Of a stretch of DNA of 64,000 nt, positions 50,221 to 63,600 are shown piece by piece. The DNA comes from a virus (lineage: Duplodnaviria; Caudoviricetes). Positions within the stretch are counted from its first letter, which is position 1; each line of letters opens with the position of its first letter. The notes under the pieces are model-generated. The model made no database searches. It was not told where the DNA came from and saw nothing but the letters and a program-made list of their open reading frames with translations. Made by a program: the position numbers and the translations under genes. The stretch lies in the IMG/VR virus record IMGVR_UViG_3300031760_000024, positions 1 through 64,000 of that record; one strand, 5' to 3'.

Positions 50221-53200
50221 TTATTCTCCTTCGCTAAAAATAATAGTGTCGCCATCAGACGTCTCAAGCACATCACCGTCAGATGTCTCAATAGCATTCG
50301 GATCAGTGCCGAATTGCCACGGCATCCATACACCGTTGATCTTACCCCAGACATTTGTTACAACACCATTAGAGTATTTCATATATATGTTCCCATTTAC
50401 GCCAAGTGAAGCGGATGGGTTTGTTGTACCATATAAATTTGCACACGTTGTTGAGATAACATTGGTTGGAGAGATAGTAATGTTCTCGCCCGGAGTCAGT
50501 TTATCTTGCTTCTTATCTAAGTCGGCTTCAATATCCGCCACATCACTAATCGGGACAGTGTCACCATTTGACTTCCGTACCTCAACGTTATTACCAAGCA
50601 TGATTTGGTCACCGTTAAAAGCGACGCCATAACCGCCTTCCTGACCATTACCACCAAATACAAACTCTCCGGTATTCAGGTCAATGTGACTACCTTTGTA
50701 TACACCATTGCCATTATCAGACCAGTTCTCACTGTATATCTGACCAGCTATCATAAGTCCGGCAATTAACGCATCAGCCCTTACGCCGTATGTTGTTTTC
50801 TGTTCGCCATTCAGCGTGTACAATATCTTACCAATGGCAGCTTTAACATGCTCCCAATTATCCTCTGTGAATTCCAACGTGTTACTGTTCATACGTAACT
50901 GTTCTGGTGAGTCCTTGCCTTCAATGTCGTCGTAATCCCTAAACAACATACCGTGTTCATCTATCACTACACGACTATTTGCTCCTGCAAGGATGTTATA
51001 GGTTGATGCGTCAACACCATCGTTCTTCATCTGTGTTACATCTGCATTTGCTTCATCACCCTGTTTTGCCTGATGTACCACATGGTTATATGAGCCAGCC
51101 ATAGACTGTGCAGAACTCAATACCTTGTTTACATCATCAGCGATAGACATCATGCGATCCACATTAGAGAATGTGAACGTGATGGATTCAGGGCTACTAT
51201 ATGTGTAACTAACAGAGATAAGTCTCATCTTGTACAGTTCGCCATCTGCCTCGGCAACAAGCCAGTCGCCTATATCAAACTTACCCTTGAAGTCCTTAAA
51301 CTCTTTCAGGTTGAGCATGTTGTTAATGGTTATAGAAAGCGTGAGTTCGATCTCACTTGCTTTAATAGCTTCATCCTGAGCAACCTCAAAGAATTCTCTC
51401 GCCTTATTTACCAACTCCGTGTTTTCGAGGTCGGTGGATATATAATTAGAGTTAGTGTATTCACCCTCCTTACGGTACATGCTCCATATCTTATAGAGGT
51501 CATCACCGAGAAATGCTACGAAGTCGAGTTCGTCTTCAATTGCTTTGCGTTGCTCATCAATAGCATCACGCAATTCTTCCTGTGTTGTAACCTGATCCGC
51601 ACGTTTATCCATCTCTTTCTGTATATAGCCAATCTTACGGTAATACGGTAGATACATATCTTCACGCAGGTTGAGTCCGAAGTAGTCTGTGGTCTCGGCA
51701 GCCTCATTCTTAGAAAGCGTTTCGCACACCGCAGAGTAGCTGTTATAAAACGATTTAAGTCGTTCCAAACTGTACTTAGTGAGTTCTTCTTTAAACTGAT
51801 CCTCATCCTTAATATCAAATAGAGTAGTAAGCCCGTAATCTGTGCGGTCTAACTGCTTAAGTATCTTTTGATGTAAGAACGTTTCATACGTGGAATCATC
51901 ACCAATGATGGTAACTCCAACAGGACTACTAATCGCTTGCCACTTTTCCTCGGTGTCTTTCTTGATGTCTTCATCAGTAGCACCAAGACTCTTTACCAAC
52001 AGTCTGCCAGTCCATGTACGGCTCTTGGTAGATTTGTTATAGTCAGATAACTTGACGTTATTCTCATCGTAAATCTCAACTGTATAACGTGGATCAATTA
52101 ACGCACGAGAATATGTCTTTACCGCATTAGTGGCAGTATAAGCAGTAGCATGTTCACTGTCCTTTACCGCTACAGTTTCCTTGTCAGTGGAGCGTGTAAG
52201 TAAACTAACCAATAACTGTAATTGTTCCTTTGCCGTCGTCTCACCCGGAATCGGTGTCTCAGGCATCATGGTGTGTTCCAAATCCAGTATTGCATCCACA
52301 TACCCATACCACTCATCTGTGAGAGTAGCATATGTTGGTTGCAAAGATTTATACAGTGTATTGTAATCATTTATCTTATCTACCAGTGCAGGAGGCATGT
52401 CGTGTAACATTGCATCTGAGAAGTGATAGATATACCGTGAACCATTCGGATTCACATTGATTACGGTAGCAGTCATCAGATCATCTCCGGCAGTTAACCG
52501 TAAGCAGTTCTTGACGTTATCCGTATCACCGCTAACGTTGATCTCCGTGGCATAGTTCTCGGTGCTTAAAAAGATACCAGTTCGATCCCCGTATCCTTCA
52601 ATAAAAGAAGTGCCTCCACATTTGGGGCACTTATCTACCTTTGAATGACGGTAACCACACTGCTCACATTTATTATAAAGATCATAAGCGTTCACGGTTC
52701 TGTTAACACTGTCGAACGTGAACAAGCAATTGATTTCTTTACCAACCGTATTCGTGAGGAAGTCATATACCGCAGTATTATCGCAACTGTATGTACGCTG
52801 AATATTGGCAATCGTGGAATCCACATGACCAATACTCCAGTCAGGACATTTATCTGCTAACACACGGTGCAGGAGAGAAGACCGTTTCTTCTTCTTAATC
52901 AAATCGGGCGAATCAGTTGGAGAAATCGGACGATATAACACGGTAGCGGTATACCATTCAGTTTGACCATCCAGCAGATCACTTTCTTTATCCTTTGTAT
53001 CGTACTCGAAATCTACTACACCCTTTGGGTCTTTCTCAACCGCCTTACCATCTTCAACGCCATATTTGCCAACATACAAAATATCAGTTTCGTCATTACA
53101 ATGGAAGTCGTTCAGTTTACGGTTACCCAGTTCGACTTCTCCAGCTGTCTTTGCTGTGACGTGCTTTACTGTGTTGTCCGTGTCATCAATGGTTACATAT

Positions 53201-53454
53201 ATCTCGTAATACGCTTTATGGTCTGGGATATAGATATATCTGAAACTAACAATCTCATCCCACAGACCACACTCTTTGCCATCCCAGTATTTGTTAACGT
53301 CAAATGACACCTCGTCTACCGAGTTCATGTTAAATACTACATTGAGTCCTTCCGGTATATTGGTGATCGTACCAAGATGCTTATGCCATGTGGTAGACAG
53401 GATCACCAGTGGGTTCTCAATCTCGTATGCCATGTCATAACTAAATTTACGCAT
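50221..53454 (-). CDS. Tal-like baseplate hub / tail spike protein
   Basis: 1077 aa directly after Dit; coiled-coil middle; synteny TMP-Dit-Tal. Confidence 0.7.
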   Translation of the reverse strand: MRKFSYDMAYEIENPLVILSTTWHKHLGTITNIPEGLNVVFNMNSVDEVSFDVNKYWDGKECGLWDEIVSFRYIYIPDHKAYYEIYVTIDDTDNTVKHVTAKTAGEVELGNRKLNDFHCNDETDILYVGKYGVEDGKAVEKDPKGVVDFEYDTKDKESDLLDGQTEWYTATVLYRPISPTDSPDLIKKKKRSSLLHRVLADKCPDWSIGHVDSTIANIQRTYSCDNTAVYDFLTNTVGKEINCLFTFDSVNRTVNAYDLYNKCEQCGYRHSKVDKCPKCGGTSFIEGYGDRTGIFLSTENYATEINVSGDTDNVKNCLRLTAGDDLMTATVINVNPNGSRYIYHFSDAMLHDMPPALVDKINDYNTLYKSLQPTYATLTDEWYGYVDAILDLEHTMMPETPIPGETTAKEQLQLLVSLLTRSTDKETVAVKDSEHATAYTATNAVKTYSRALIDPRYTVEIYDENNVKLSDYNKSTKSRTWTGRLLVKSLGATDEDIKKDTEEKWQAISSPVGVTIIGDDSTYETFLHQKILKQLDRTDYGLTTLFDIKDEDQFKEELTKYSLERLKSFYNSYSAVCETLSKNEAAETTDYFGLNLREDMYLPYYRKIGYIQKEMDKRADQVTTQEELRDAIDEQRKAIEDELDFVAFLGDDLYKIWSMYRKEGEYTNSNYISTDLENTELVNKAREFFEVAQDEAIKASEIELTLSITINNMLNLKEFKDFKGKFDIGDWLVAEADGELYKMRLISVSYTYSSPESITFTFSNVDRMMSIADDVNKVLSSAQSMAGSYNHVVHQAKQGDEANADVTQMKNDGVDASTYNILAGANSRVVIDEHGMLFRDYDDIEGKDSPEQLRMNSNTLEFTEDNWEHVKAAIGKILYTLNGEQKTTYGVRADALIAGLMIAGQIYSENWSDNGNGVYKGSHIDLNTGEFVFGGNGQEGGYGVAFNGDQIMLGNNVEVRKSNGDTVPISDVADIEADLDKKQDKLTPGENITISPTNVISTTCANLYGTTNPSASLGVNGNIYMKYSNGVVTNVWGKINGVWMPWQFGTDPNAIETSDGDVLETSDGDTIIFSEGE

Positions 53455-53455
53455 T

Positions 53456-54250
53456 CTACAATCCCACCTTCCTTATACCTCGATAGGAGAGGGTAATCGT
53501 ACAATCGCCTTCGACAGTAAACACGTTCTTGTAATCACCGTATTGATTACACAGGCGTGGGAATTGATAGTTGAAGTCGGACGAAAAGTCATGAGTAGTA
53601 TTCGTTGACGTGATCTGTTTTGTATCTCCTCCGATGATCGTGATGACTTCACCGTCAATACAATTCTGAATCTCTGTTTCACGATTCTCGTAGGCATTAG
53701 TGATTCGTACGGTTCCGCCGCCTTGTTTTGTGATAACTACATCAGGATAGATATATCCTTCCTCGTCAGTTCTCACATACACAGTGTGCGGTTCAGAATT
53801 GTTCGTCCACGCTTGTTTTATTTCACGAGTGAGTCCATATGGGCGATTTGATTCAACATGCAGCACAAGACCAATGATATCAGTACCGTATGCTTTCTTA
53901 TCCATAGTGATACGTACCTCATGCCATATCTCATCCTGCCCGATTTCATCTACCCATCTGAACCATTTATATTCTTTACGGCACAGCCATCGTGCCATCT
54001 CTGATATTTCATCATTTGTTAGATTGAGATCGCCGTCAGAACACGGGTTCTTCATGATCTCAATATCAACATGATAGTTTTCTGAATAAGGAGTGGCTAC
54101 CTTATGGCTCAAATCAGATCGTGCTGCTTTCACGGTGGTGTATTCCATGCCGGATACAACACCATCTTCATCCTGCACACCGTCATGGATTATGATGTAA
54201 CCCAAGTCGGAGAGTGCAATGTTATCAAAGACAAAATTCTCTTCGGTCAT
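53456..54250 (-). CDS. distal tail protein (Dit)-like
   Basis: FVFDNIALSDLG...PYG...YPDV; synteny. Confidence 0.7.
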   Translation of the reverse strand: MTEENFVFDNIALSDLGYIIIHDGVQDEDGVVSGMEYTTVKAARSDLSHKVATPYSENYHVDIEIMKNPCSDGDLNLTNDEISEMARWLCRKEYKWFRWVDEIGQDEIWHEVRITMDKKAYGTDIIGLVLHVESNRPYGLTREIKQAWTNNSEPHTVYVRTDEEGYIYPDVVITKQGGGTVRITNAYENRETEIQNCIDGEVITIIGGDTKQITSTNTTHDFSSDFNYQFPRLCNQYGDYKNVFTVEGDCTITLSYRGIRKVGL

Positions 54251-54267
54251 AAGACATTCCTCCTTTC

Positions 54268-54573
54268 CTAATTGATTGCCTTCACCACCTCGGTTACGGC
54301 TTTGTTGTATTTCTTTATTATTTTGCTATCATTCTGACGAAGTTTAAAAAGTAGCTTTTGATATTGCTCCCTACAATCACGAAGATCTAGCAATAACTCA
54401 TGGTATTCAGCCATCGTCTCATCAATTACTTTCTCTTTGTCAGACCATTCTTTTTCCTTTAATTTCCACATTAATTCACTATCTTTATATTTTTGTATCT
54501 CGGCTTTAAGAGAATCGTTCTCTTTTTCAAGCCGCTCAATTCTCTTTTCGAGACGTTGTTCTTTCATAATCAC
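54268..54573 (-). CDS. coiled-coil hypothetical protein
   Basis: Heptad-rich 101 aa. Confidence 0.55.
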   Translation of the reverse strand: MIMKEQRLEKRIERLEKENDSLKAEIQKYKDSELMWKLKEKEWSDKEKVIDETMAEYHELLLDLRDCREQYQKLLFKLRQNDSKIIKKYNKAVTEVVKAIN

Positions 54574-54628
54574 TAATCTCCTTAATAGAAGAGGAGCGGG
54601 TGTCTTACCCGCCCCCCATATCTATATA

Positions 54629-57600
54629 TTAATAGTTACCACGATTCAGCTTGCCTTTCCCAAGACTTTGACCGAGTGTGGTAGCCTGAATAAAGTTTGT
54701 AAACTTCGGGTCTTTCTGCAATGCAGTCTTAAACTCATCGTAATTCTTAACATTTGGCAATACGATTGTGATGTCATTATCGTTATTTACAGTACGTGCA
54801 GAAGCAGCAACAGCATTTGCACCAAGAATGGAAGGATTCTTTGCAATATCCCATAACTGTTTTGTCATATCATTTGTAAATACCATATCACCAGTATTTA
54901 AACGCGTAAGCATTGCTCCGTCAGACTTACGATAAATAAGTTCTGATCCATTTTCTTGAGTCCATGCAATTTGATTTGACTTAATTCCGCTAGAACCAGT
55001 GGCATATCCTTTGATTTTCTTTGATGCTCCAGCCTCAAGCCCACTCATGACCAGATATCCATCCTTATCAAATGTATATTCTACGCCATCAATTGTATAG
55101 GTTGCGTCCTTTGCATACCAAGTAGAATCGCCATACCACCAGCCCTTGGATGTCTTATGCCATTGCGCCATTTCACCAGACTTTGTGCCATTCTTGCCAA
55201 ACCAATAACCACCAGAATATTGGTTAGTTACCATATATCCTTCATCATCAAAATGGTAGAACTTGCCACCAATTTCAACTGTTTCGTTTTTGGCATAAGA
55301 GCCATCGTCATATTGATACCAATATCCTTTGCTATTCTTACGCCAATTACCGCTGATACGACCAGTTCCCTCAGAATCAACAACATTCTTTGCATTCTTA
55401 CCAAAGGCTAATTCATAAACTGCATCCTTAATATCCTTAATTGTAAGTATAGCGTCTGCCATCTTATCATTAAAGTCTTTATTAAAAGCACTTACCATTT
55501 CGCCCTCGCCGTCAAGAATATTCTGTGTCTCTTCGGAAATATCGTAACCATATTGTTCGGAAACTTCTTTGAGAGTATTGTTGATAAGCTCACTATTGGA
55601 ATTGATATAACCAATCATATCTTCCATAAGTTTATCAATGTCCTTCAGTCTTTCATTTAGAGTTTCCTCATACTTCTCATACATATCATCAAGCAGTTTT
55701 CCTGTTTCCTCAATGTATTTGTCCCATTCGGTTTCTTTCAAACCTTCTTCGGCTTCTTTAAGAGATTGCGCTAAACGCTGAATAGTTGCTCTTGCTTCTT
55801 CGGAATCATCGCCGCGATATGCTTCGAGTTGTTTCTGTAAATCAGCAATGTTCTTTGTCTGTTGAGAAATATTCTTTGAATATTCATAAGCAGACTTTGC
55901 ATTTGATAATGTTTCTTTATACTTATCAATAAGTTTCTGTAACATTTCAAGATGCTTTGTGATTGCCTGACTTACCAAATCCTTGATAGCCTCTTTTTCC
56001 TGCTCTGCAGCCTTGATAGAATCTTGCTGAAGTTTCAACAAAGACTCACGACGTTCAATAAGATTCTTATCTACAACGCCATTTTTCTCCATCTCATCAG
56101 CAATCTCTTTTTCAATATCAGCCATCTCTTTTGCATATTCTTTTGACTTCTGCATATAAACATCATATTCAGTAGCCATAAGACCTGCACTTGCCCAACC
56201 ACGACCATTGAATTTTCCGTTTTCCTCAATAAGATCATGCTGATCTAACATGTCAATTAAGAATTCAGCTTCATCAGTGATCAAGCCCAGACGATCAAGC
56301 CAATAATCAAATGCATCCCATTTGAGTTGACGAATCTCATTATTGAGTTTCTGGACAGAAGTAGCAGAAGCTTCGATTTCTTTACGCATAGCCATGATGG
56401 TTTGTGTCATCTCTGTATATGCCTCGGAACCAAGCTCAATTGCTCCAGTTTCCACCGCTTTGTCACGAGCCGCAACAAGTTTCTTATACTCTTCAATACG
56501 ATGTTGGTTAGCTTCCTTCTCAAGTTGAATCTGTTGCTGATAATACTTCTGATTCACAAAGTATCCATGTTCTTGACTGCGGCTAATACGCTCATCAACA
56601 ATATCTGACAAATCAGTAAAACCTTGAATAATCGCATCAAACTCTGATTTAATATGATCAAATCTGGTTTTGTTTAAATCACCAAGCTTAATCTTGTCGT
56701 CCTGAATAGCGTCTCCTGCGTCAACAGCTTTTTGATATAATTCTATATACTGATTAATGGTTTCAACAAGGTATTTGTTTTGTATCTGTTCAATATCATT
56801 TTTCCCAATCTTGCCTTCACGCACAAGCTTTTGATACTTACCAGAATTCCATTCCTCAATAGCCTTATCCCATTGCTGTTGATCATAATCATATTGTTTC
56901 TTGCTACCAGAATCTTCCTCATTCGGAGCGACATTAACATCTTCAACCTTCAGCTTATTTGCGTTTTCAAGATAACGCTTATAGGCATGCTCATGAACAC
57001 CCATTTCCTCTGTAACTTTATCAAGCTCTTTAACAAGCGCTTTGTTACGGTCACTCCAATCTTCATAGGTATTGTTCATGGTTTTGTCAAGACGAGCAAT
57101 AGCTTCATCAAGACGTTGGATTTTCTTTTCTATCCAGTCGAATGTTTCTTTAGTGTCTTCTTGAAGTTTACTTTTGCTACCATTACTGTTGCTTCCGTTA
57201 CTAGAAGAAGAGGAGGAGGAACCACTTGGCTTAGAATAATGAGCACCAGCAATTTTAGAACCAACTTGATAACTAATACTCGGCACATAAATTTGCCCAG
57301 CAGTTGTCATGGTTTTATATGCTTGTTCACCTGCTTGAGCACCATACTGTTGTTTTAACTCTTGTAATGCGTTGCCATTATATGTTTTAATATCTACTGG
57401 CACCATATCTATTTTTGGCACAACGCCAATACCAGCCAAGATATTATTCATACTTTCTTGGGTAATTAGACCCATCTTAATCATGTGATTAAGACCTTCA
57501 ATTACATTCTTATCATTAAATGTTGTACCAATTTCAAGGCTGTCAAGATCAACGCCATCAATTAAAGCATTAATTTCATCACGTATACCGTTTATTGCTG

Positions 57601-60600
57601 AGGGATCGACATTTTGAATTTCAATTTGAGCAATTATTTGTTTTGATGCTTCACGCCTCAATTCATTAATTGCATCAACATCTCCATATGCGGCTTGGCG
57701 AATCATATCTAAATGTTCAATGATAAACGATTCATCAAAATTAAAATCAAAATCACCGATCTTATTACCTTCGGCATCAATAAGTGTGAACATATCCTTT
57801 AATGTTGATTTAATTAAATCAATTCCATCAAGATATCCTTGCCCAGCTGTTTCACCAGTTTCTAATGCGCTCCCATATAATCTAAACGCATCATTTAACC
57901 TAGACATACCACTTAATAATTGCTTGTTAGCCTTATTTAATCTCGTGGTAACAACAGCGTCGGCGTTTGTAATACCCATTGCCTCCAACTGTTCTTTTGC
58001 CCATTCTTGATTTGATTCATTTAAATTATCCAGAACTTTTGTCTGATCAATATACGAATTAATTAAAGTGTCAATTGCTTTTTGAGCTGCGTCTGCATCA
58101 TTAGGAAACTGTATCATAGTTTCTTCAAACTGCTTTAACGCAGTATTCATAGCCTTCGCCGCTTCATCATCAGATAAGAGTGAAATGTAATTATTAAATG
58201 CAGATTCAACAGAGTTAAGTAGTGCGGGGTCTGCGGCACCAACAGCTAAATCATTCGTATCGCTTTGTTTTAAGACAGTCCCATCTTCAGAAAGATATTT
58301 CTTATCCTTTTTCATCGCAAGCTGATTCTTGACTGTTTGTTCCCATAGGTCTCCGAGACTTGCGACAGCAGTCTTCATATCTGCCATCGAATCAACCATT
58401 TTATCTGCATTAAAAGATAAGTCTATTGGATGTGCATTAGCTTCAGCTTGTGCTTCTTCAATAATTTTGTATATGGTTTCTTTTGTAACAGCCCTCATAT
58501 CTGTTTCATCTAACTTCAATTTGAGCTGTACCTTTTCATCCATAGATAATTTAGCGTATTCATCTTTTAGGATTTTTGATACTTCTTTATTCTTCTCTGC
58601 ATAATCTCTAAACCATTCGTTTATAGATTGACTTTTGCCACCAAGAATACTATTAAAGATATTATCATATCCTTCACGAAGACTATCACCGGGATTATAT
58701 TCACGAATGCGCTCCTCAACTTCTTCTAAATTATTAGCGGCTTCGTCTAATGCTTCTTTGGTTTCTTGATTTGCATCAGATTCATATGCTTTAAGAGCTT
58801 TATTGTATTCAGTAACAGCGTCTTTGGCATCTTCTTCAAGACTATTTACAGAATCATTGGTATCATAAGCCATTTGAGCACGAACAGTATTTTCGAGCAT
58901 CGTGATCATATTCTGATATTCTGTCGGGTCAAAATCTAATTTATTGATCGCATTTTCTATTGACATCACAAGATTTGTTTGTGCCTGTGTCCACTGTGTT
59001 TCATCAGACCCAAGTTGTTCTCGAACATCTTGTAATAAATCAGTTAACTGTTCATATGCTTCTTTTTTTGTTGTACCTTCGGCTATTAATATCCCTGAGC
59101 CATATTCTCCACCACTGGGGCCGTAAGGATCCCACCCGTTACCGTTCCATTCTGATAAGGCTGAATACTTTTTCAGAATGTCGTCCATTCGTATACCAGT
59201 AGTATTTAAATTTTTTCTTTTATTACCAATATATAAATCTTTAAAAACATCTTCAAGAAAACGATCATCACTACCGACAGTGGCATTTATATAATCATTG
59301 GCTCTATCAATATCAGTAAGACCATACTCATCTTGCTTTAATACGCCCTCTTTGCCGTATAAATAATCTCTTGCCTTGCTTCTATTAATATTTTCCAATA
59401 ATTCTAATTGTTCTTGATATTTCCCATTTACAAGATCAATATTTTCTGCCTCTGTCCCATATGATTCAACTAAACTATCTTGTATTCCAAGAAGTTCTTC
59501 TTTTAAAGATAATTCTTCGTCTATTGAAAGATTAGAATCTTTTAACTTTTCATGAAGCTCCTTATACTTATTTGTTAAATCACCTACATTTTTTGATGTT
59601 TCCTTATATGCAGCGGATGCTTCTTTAAGGTGGTTGATAGATTCTTCTGCTCTCTGATTCTTTGCATTATCAGTAAGCCAGTTGTCCCATATCCATTTAC
59701 CAGCAGATATAATCAAGTTAGTTGCTTCGGCAGCAATATACCCAATAACTCCGCCTACAACTGCACCAGCCAAAGATGACAATAATGACTTGCCGACATC
59801 TAAAATAGACCTGCCAAGTTTTTTTAACCCAGAACTAAATTTAATGCAATATGCTTCCGATAATTTTTGTCCTTCTTTGATTATGTTATTATTCTCTGTC
59901 CATGCTCTGCCGTATGCTTTTGCACTTTCAGTAACATTTCCTATATTATCGGCAAGACTATCCATTTGTTCTGCGCTAATATTACCGCCTTGCTCATCAT
60001 ATACTTCTTGTACTTTATCAAGATAGTCTAAATTAGATTGGTTTTTAATATCTGGACTTCCTTGGAAGAAGTTTTTAATACTGTTTCCCATTTTTGGGAT
60101 AAATTTAAAACCACTTTGCCAGCCTTTCATACCACCAATAATGGCGCCAACGCCAATTAAGGCGGTTCCAAGCATTCCGACTTTATCTATAATGTCTCCA
60201 AGACCTTCCGAGATTTGAGTCAAAAAATCAATAAAATTCTTAAACGAATCACGATTAACAGTATCTTGTAATACGCCAACCCATGTCTGCTTTAATGCGT
60301 TTAATTTGTATTCTATTGAATCTTGAATAATGCTCATCTCTTTATCGGCAGAGCCAGCCGCACCTTCCATTGTTTCAAGTGCTCGTTCTACTTCAGAAAA
60401 ATCAGATAATATTCCTGCAAGTACCTGACCTCCACGTTTACCAGCAATTGTCTCTAATAACGATGCTTGATTCTTATCTGTTAACTGATCCCATATTTCA
60501 GAAATTTCTTTCAAAAATTGATATGTACTCTTATATGTTGTTTTTGTTTTATCCGTAAATAAAGAAATACCTTGTGGAGTAGAAGCTGTCTTGGTTAAGT

Positions 60601-63600
60601 CTGCTATTTTGCCTTTTATTACTTCATAATCTTCAAGTGCTTCTTCTGTTTCTTCATCAAGACCTCTAATTCTCATTGAAACGGTACGAAATGCAGTGCC
60701 AGTCGTTTCCGCGTTTCTAGTAATTTCAACAGCGGCACTCTCCAGAGCTATCGTTTCTTCAAGTGAATTGTTGGCGGCTTTCATAGCAGCAGAAGAGCGG
60801 GTGAGCATTTCACCAATCTCGGCATTAGTCGTAGCAAAAGTATTACCAATCTTGTTAACATTATCCATTATCTTACGTTCAACATCATCGACAGCTATAC
60901 CATATGCTTGCATAGTCGAAACAAGATAATCGGTTGCATTATCCGTAGTCATGCCGGGAGATATACTTGTAAATTGAGAACTTAATTCAGCCATTCTAGT
61001 TGCGGCTTCGTTACTTGAGTAACCTCGTTTTGTTACTTTTTGCTTTCGCAAAAGGGTAGGTCATTTCTGCCTACCTCTGCAATTTTATTAGACTTGCGTC
61101 TATCGATTATATTTGCAGACCAGACCATACCTTTATCCTATAAAGGATACCCCCGTATGTCTAATCGTTGCCTTTTAGACTGTGGTCGTTGCGGGACGTG
61201 TTTTACATAACACATTACCCTCATGATTATCCATCTCTGGACTTCCCATGATTTGAGAGGGTGTTTACCTATACGTTGCCATATAGGGGGCCTATTTTGT
61301 TAAGCCTAGACCAAGCCGCTGCTTGGCTTATAATCTCACTTGTCGTAACACCAAGTTGTTTTGCCACATTAGAAGAGTTCTTATAAAACTCTTCTAATTC
61401 ATAATTATTCATAGTAGTGGTTTTTCTTAAATCAACAAGTTGAGTATCAAGGTCTTTAATTGTTGATATAGCACTTCTTATAAATCCAACGATTCTGTAG
61501 AAACTTGCAAACGAGCCTAAATATGCTAATAATGATTTCCATCGCTTTGAAAGCATTTGGGTCATGGTTTGACCAGCCATACCAGCCCGTTCTGCTTCTC
61601 CCTTAATTTGCGCAAGTCTTTGCCAAATCTTTGTTAGGGCTTTTTCAGCCTCTTTAGAATCAGCAGGAAGATTATTCAACGACGCTTCGAATGAACGCAA
61701 TTCGTCACCATATACTTTATTAATCTGACCCTTATTTTGCATTTCACCAATACTCTTCAATAAAGACGCACGGCGATTTGCAATTTTTGTTTCCGTCTTT
61801 AATCTTTTTTCCTCTGCGCGTTCTTCTTCTTTTGCAGCCTCTTCAACTTTTTCCTGTTCTTTTTTCTTCGCATTAGCTACGCGTCGAGCAGATTCTTCAG
61901 CCGCCTTTGCTTGCGCATCCCTTAATTTTTGAGTAGAATCAGCAGTACGTTCTTCAACTTTTTTTAACTGTTCTTCTGTTAAGGATACCTTTTTCAACTC
62001 ATTTAAATAAGTTTCTAATTCTCGTACTTTTTTCTGACGATCAGTAATACGGGAATCTCTTGGATTATCAGTATGATTATATAATGATTCTAATTCTGCA
62101 TTAATCTTATTAATCGAATTAATTGTTTTTACTCTTGCATCAATGTTTTGCTGTTCTGTAGTTTTAGAAGCAATCGCCTCTTTAGCTTCATTAATTTGTT
62201 TCGTTGTAGCTTTTAACACAGTCGCAACATCTTTTAATGAGTCTCCTTGTTTTGCCAGTTCATTGATAGCATTTAAGAATGAATTATCATTAATTGGCTC
62301 GTTCAGTATTTTCTTTATTGATTCTAAATTTTTAACAAGATTAGTAATCCTGTCCTTATCATTGTCAGCTAAATTGCTAATAATTTTATTCAGGTATTTA
62401 AACGCATCAGCCTCTCCACTTAATCCTTTTAATGATTCTACAATTGAAGATAGAACCTCTTTATTCGCAGAAACAAACTCGCGCTTACCTTCTGCAGCAT
62501 CCTTTGATTTAGAAGCAACATCTTCCATTTTATCTGCTTCTTTTTGTTCTGCATCGGCTGCTTGATTAGCAGAATCTACAACGGGAACGGCTTGATTTTG
62601 AGCATTCATTTGTTGCAATGTTTCATATGATGACTGCATTTCTTGTATAATTGAATCAATGCCTCCACCATTCATAACAGAGCTTTTCCAATCCTCAATA
62701 GGATTTGGTTTATTTTTCAAATACTCATAAATATTACGAATTGCGTCTTGAGTTGTACCGGCGTCTTTAATAACATCACCAAATTGTTCTCTTAATTGTT
62801 GTAAAAATATAAGTGCATCCGGTTTATCAAATGTTCCCATTTGAAAATTTTCAAGACCAATCACCCCACGAACCTTGGCAAATTCATCACCCGGAAACTC
62901 TTGACGATCCTTTTTATCAAAACCAAAACGCGAATGAGAAACAAAATCACGTACCTTTTGCCATGTATCATATTGTCCCTTTTGCAATTTGGTAATGCCG
63001 CTAGATCCTGATAAAATGTCTATAATATGTGCATATGAAGAAGTTTCAAGAGTTGTTCCATTTGATAACTCCTTGAATAAACTTTTTACCTCTTGTTTTA
63101 ATTTTTCGAATACATCCTTTGAAGCTCCAAAGTTATCAATAATTTTATTTGCAACTTCACCAGACACATACTCTAGTCTTCGTTCTTCTTCTTCTAATTG
63201 TTCTATGGTTTTATCTGTTTTTGTAACTGAATCAGCAGTAGTACCAGTAAACGATGATGATATATTTGTAATCGCTGTTTCTATTGTGGTTAATTTTTGC
63301 GCGATTGCGTCTAAAGACCCGCCAAACAAATCTTTCTTTGAAATATCAGACAAAAGTTGTTTGATTTCTTTGAGTTGTTCAACTACTCCTTTGAGTTTGA
63401 TTTGATTATCACTAATTTCAACTACATCAGTTTTTCTTGTTTGCGTAATTTTACGCATATTAGCAAGATATGTACTTTCAGCATTTCCATTTGGTAATTT
63501 TAATCCTGATAAATCCATCATAAAATCAGGATATGCGGCTGCATCCGCTAATATTTTAAAGAAATCAATGAGTCTATATATTTTATCTTCTACTGAACCT

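Noticed and set aside
61020-61310. Programmed frameshift or two separate genes explaining the TMP break
   Set aside because: A 277-nt insert with group I core and exact codon restoration fits better
34670-63405. Many + strand track ORFs over the tail and TMP genes (and - strand ORFs in 1-34 kb)
   Set aside because: Antisense shadows of real genes, without RBS or recognisable motifs
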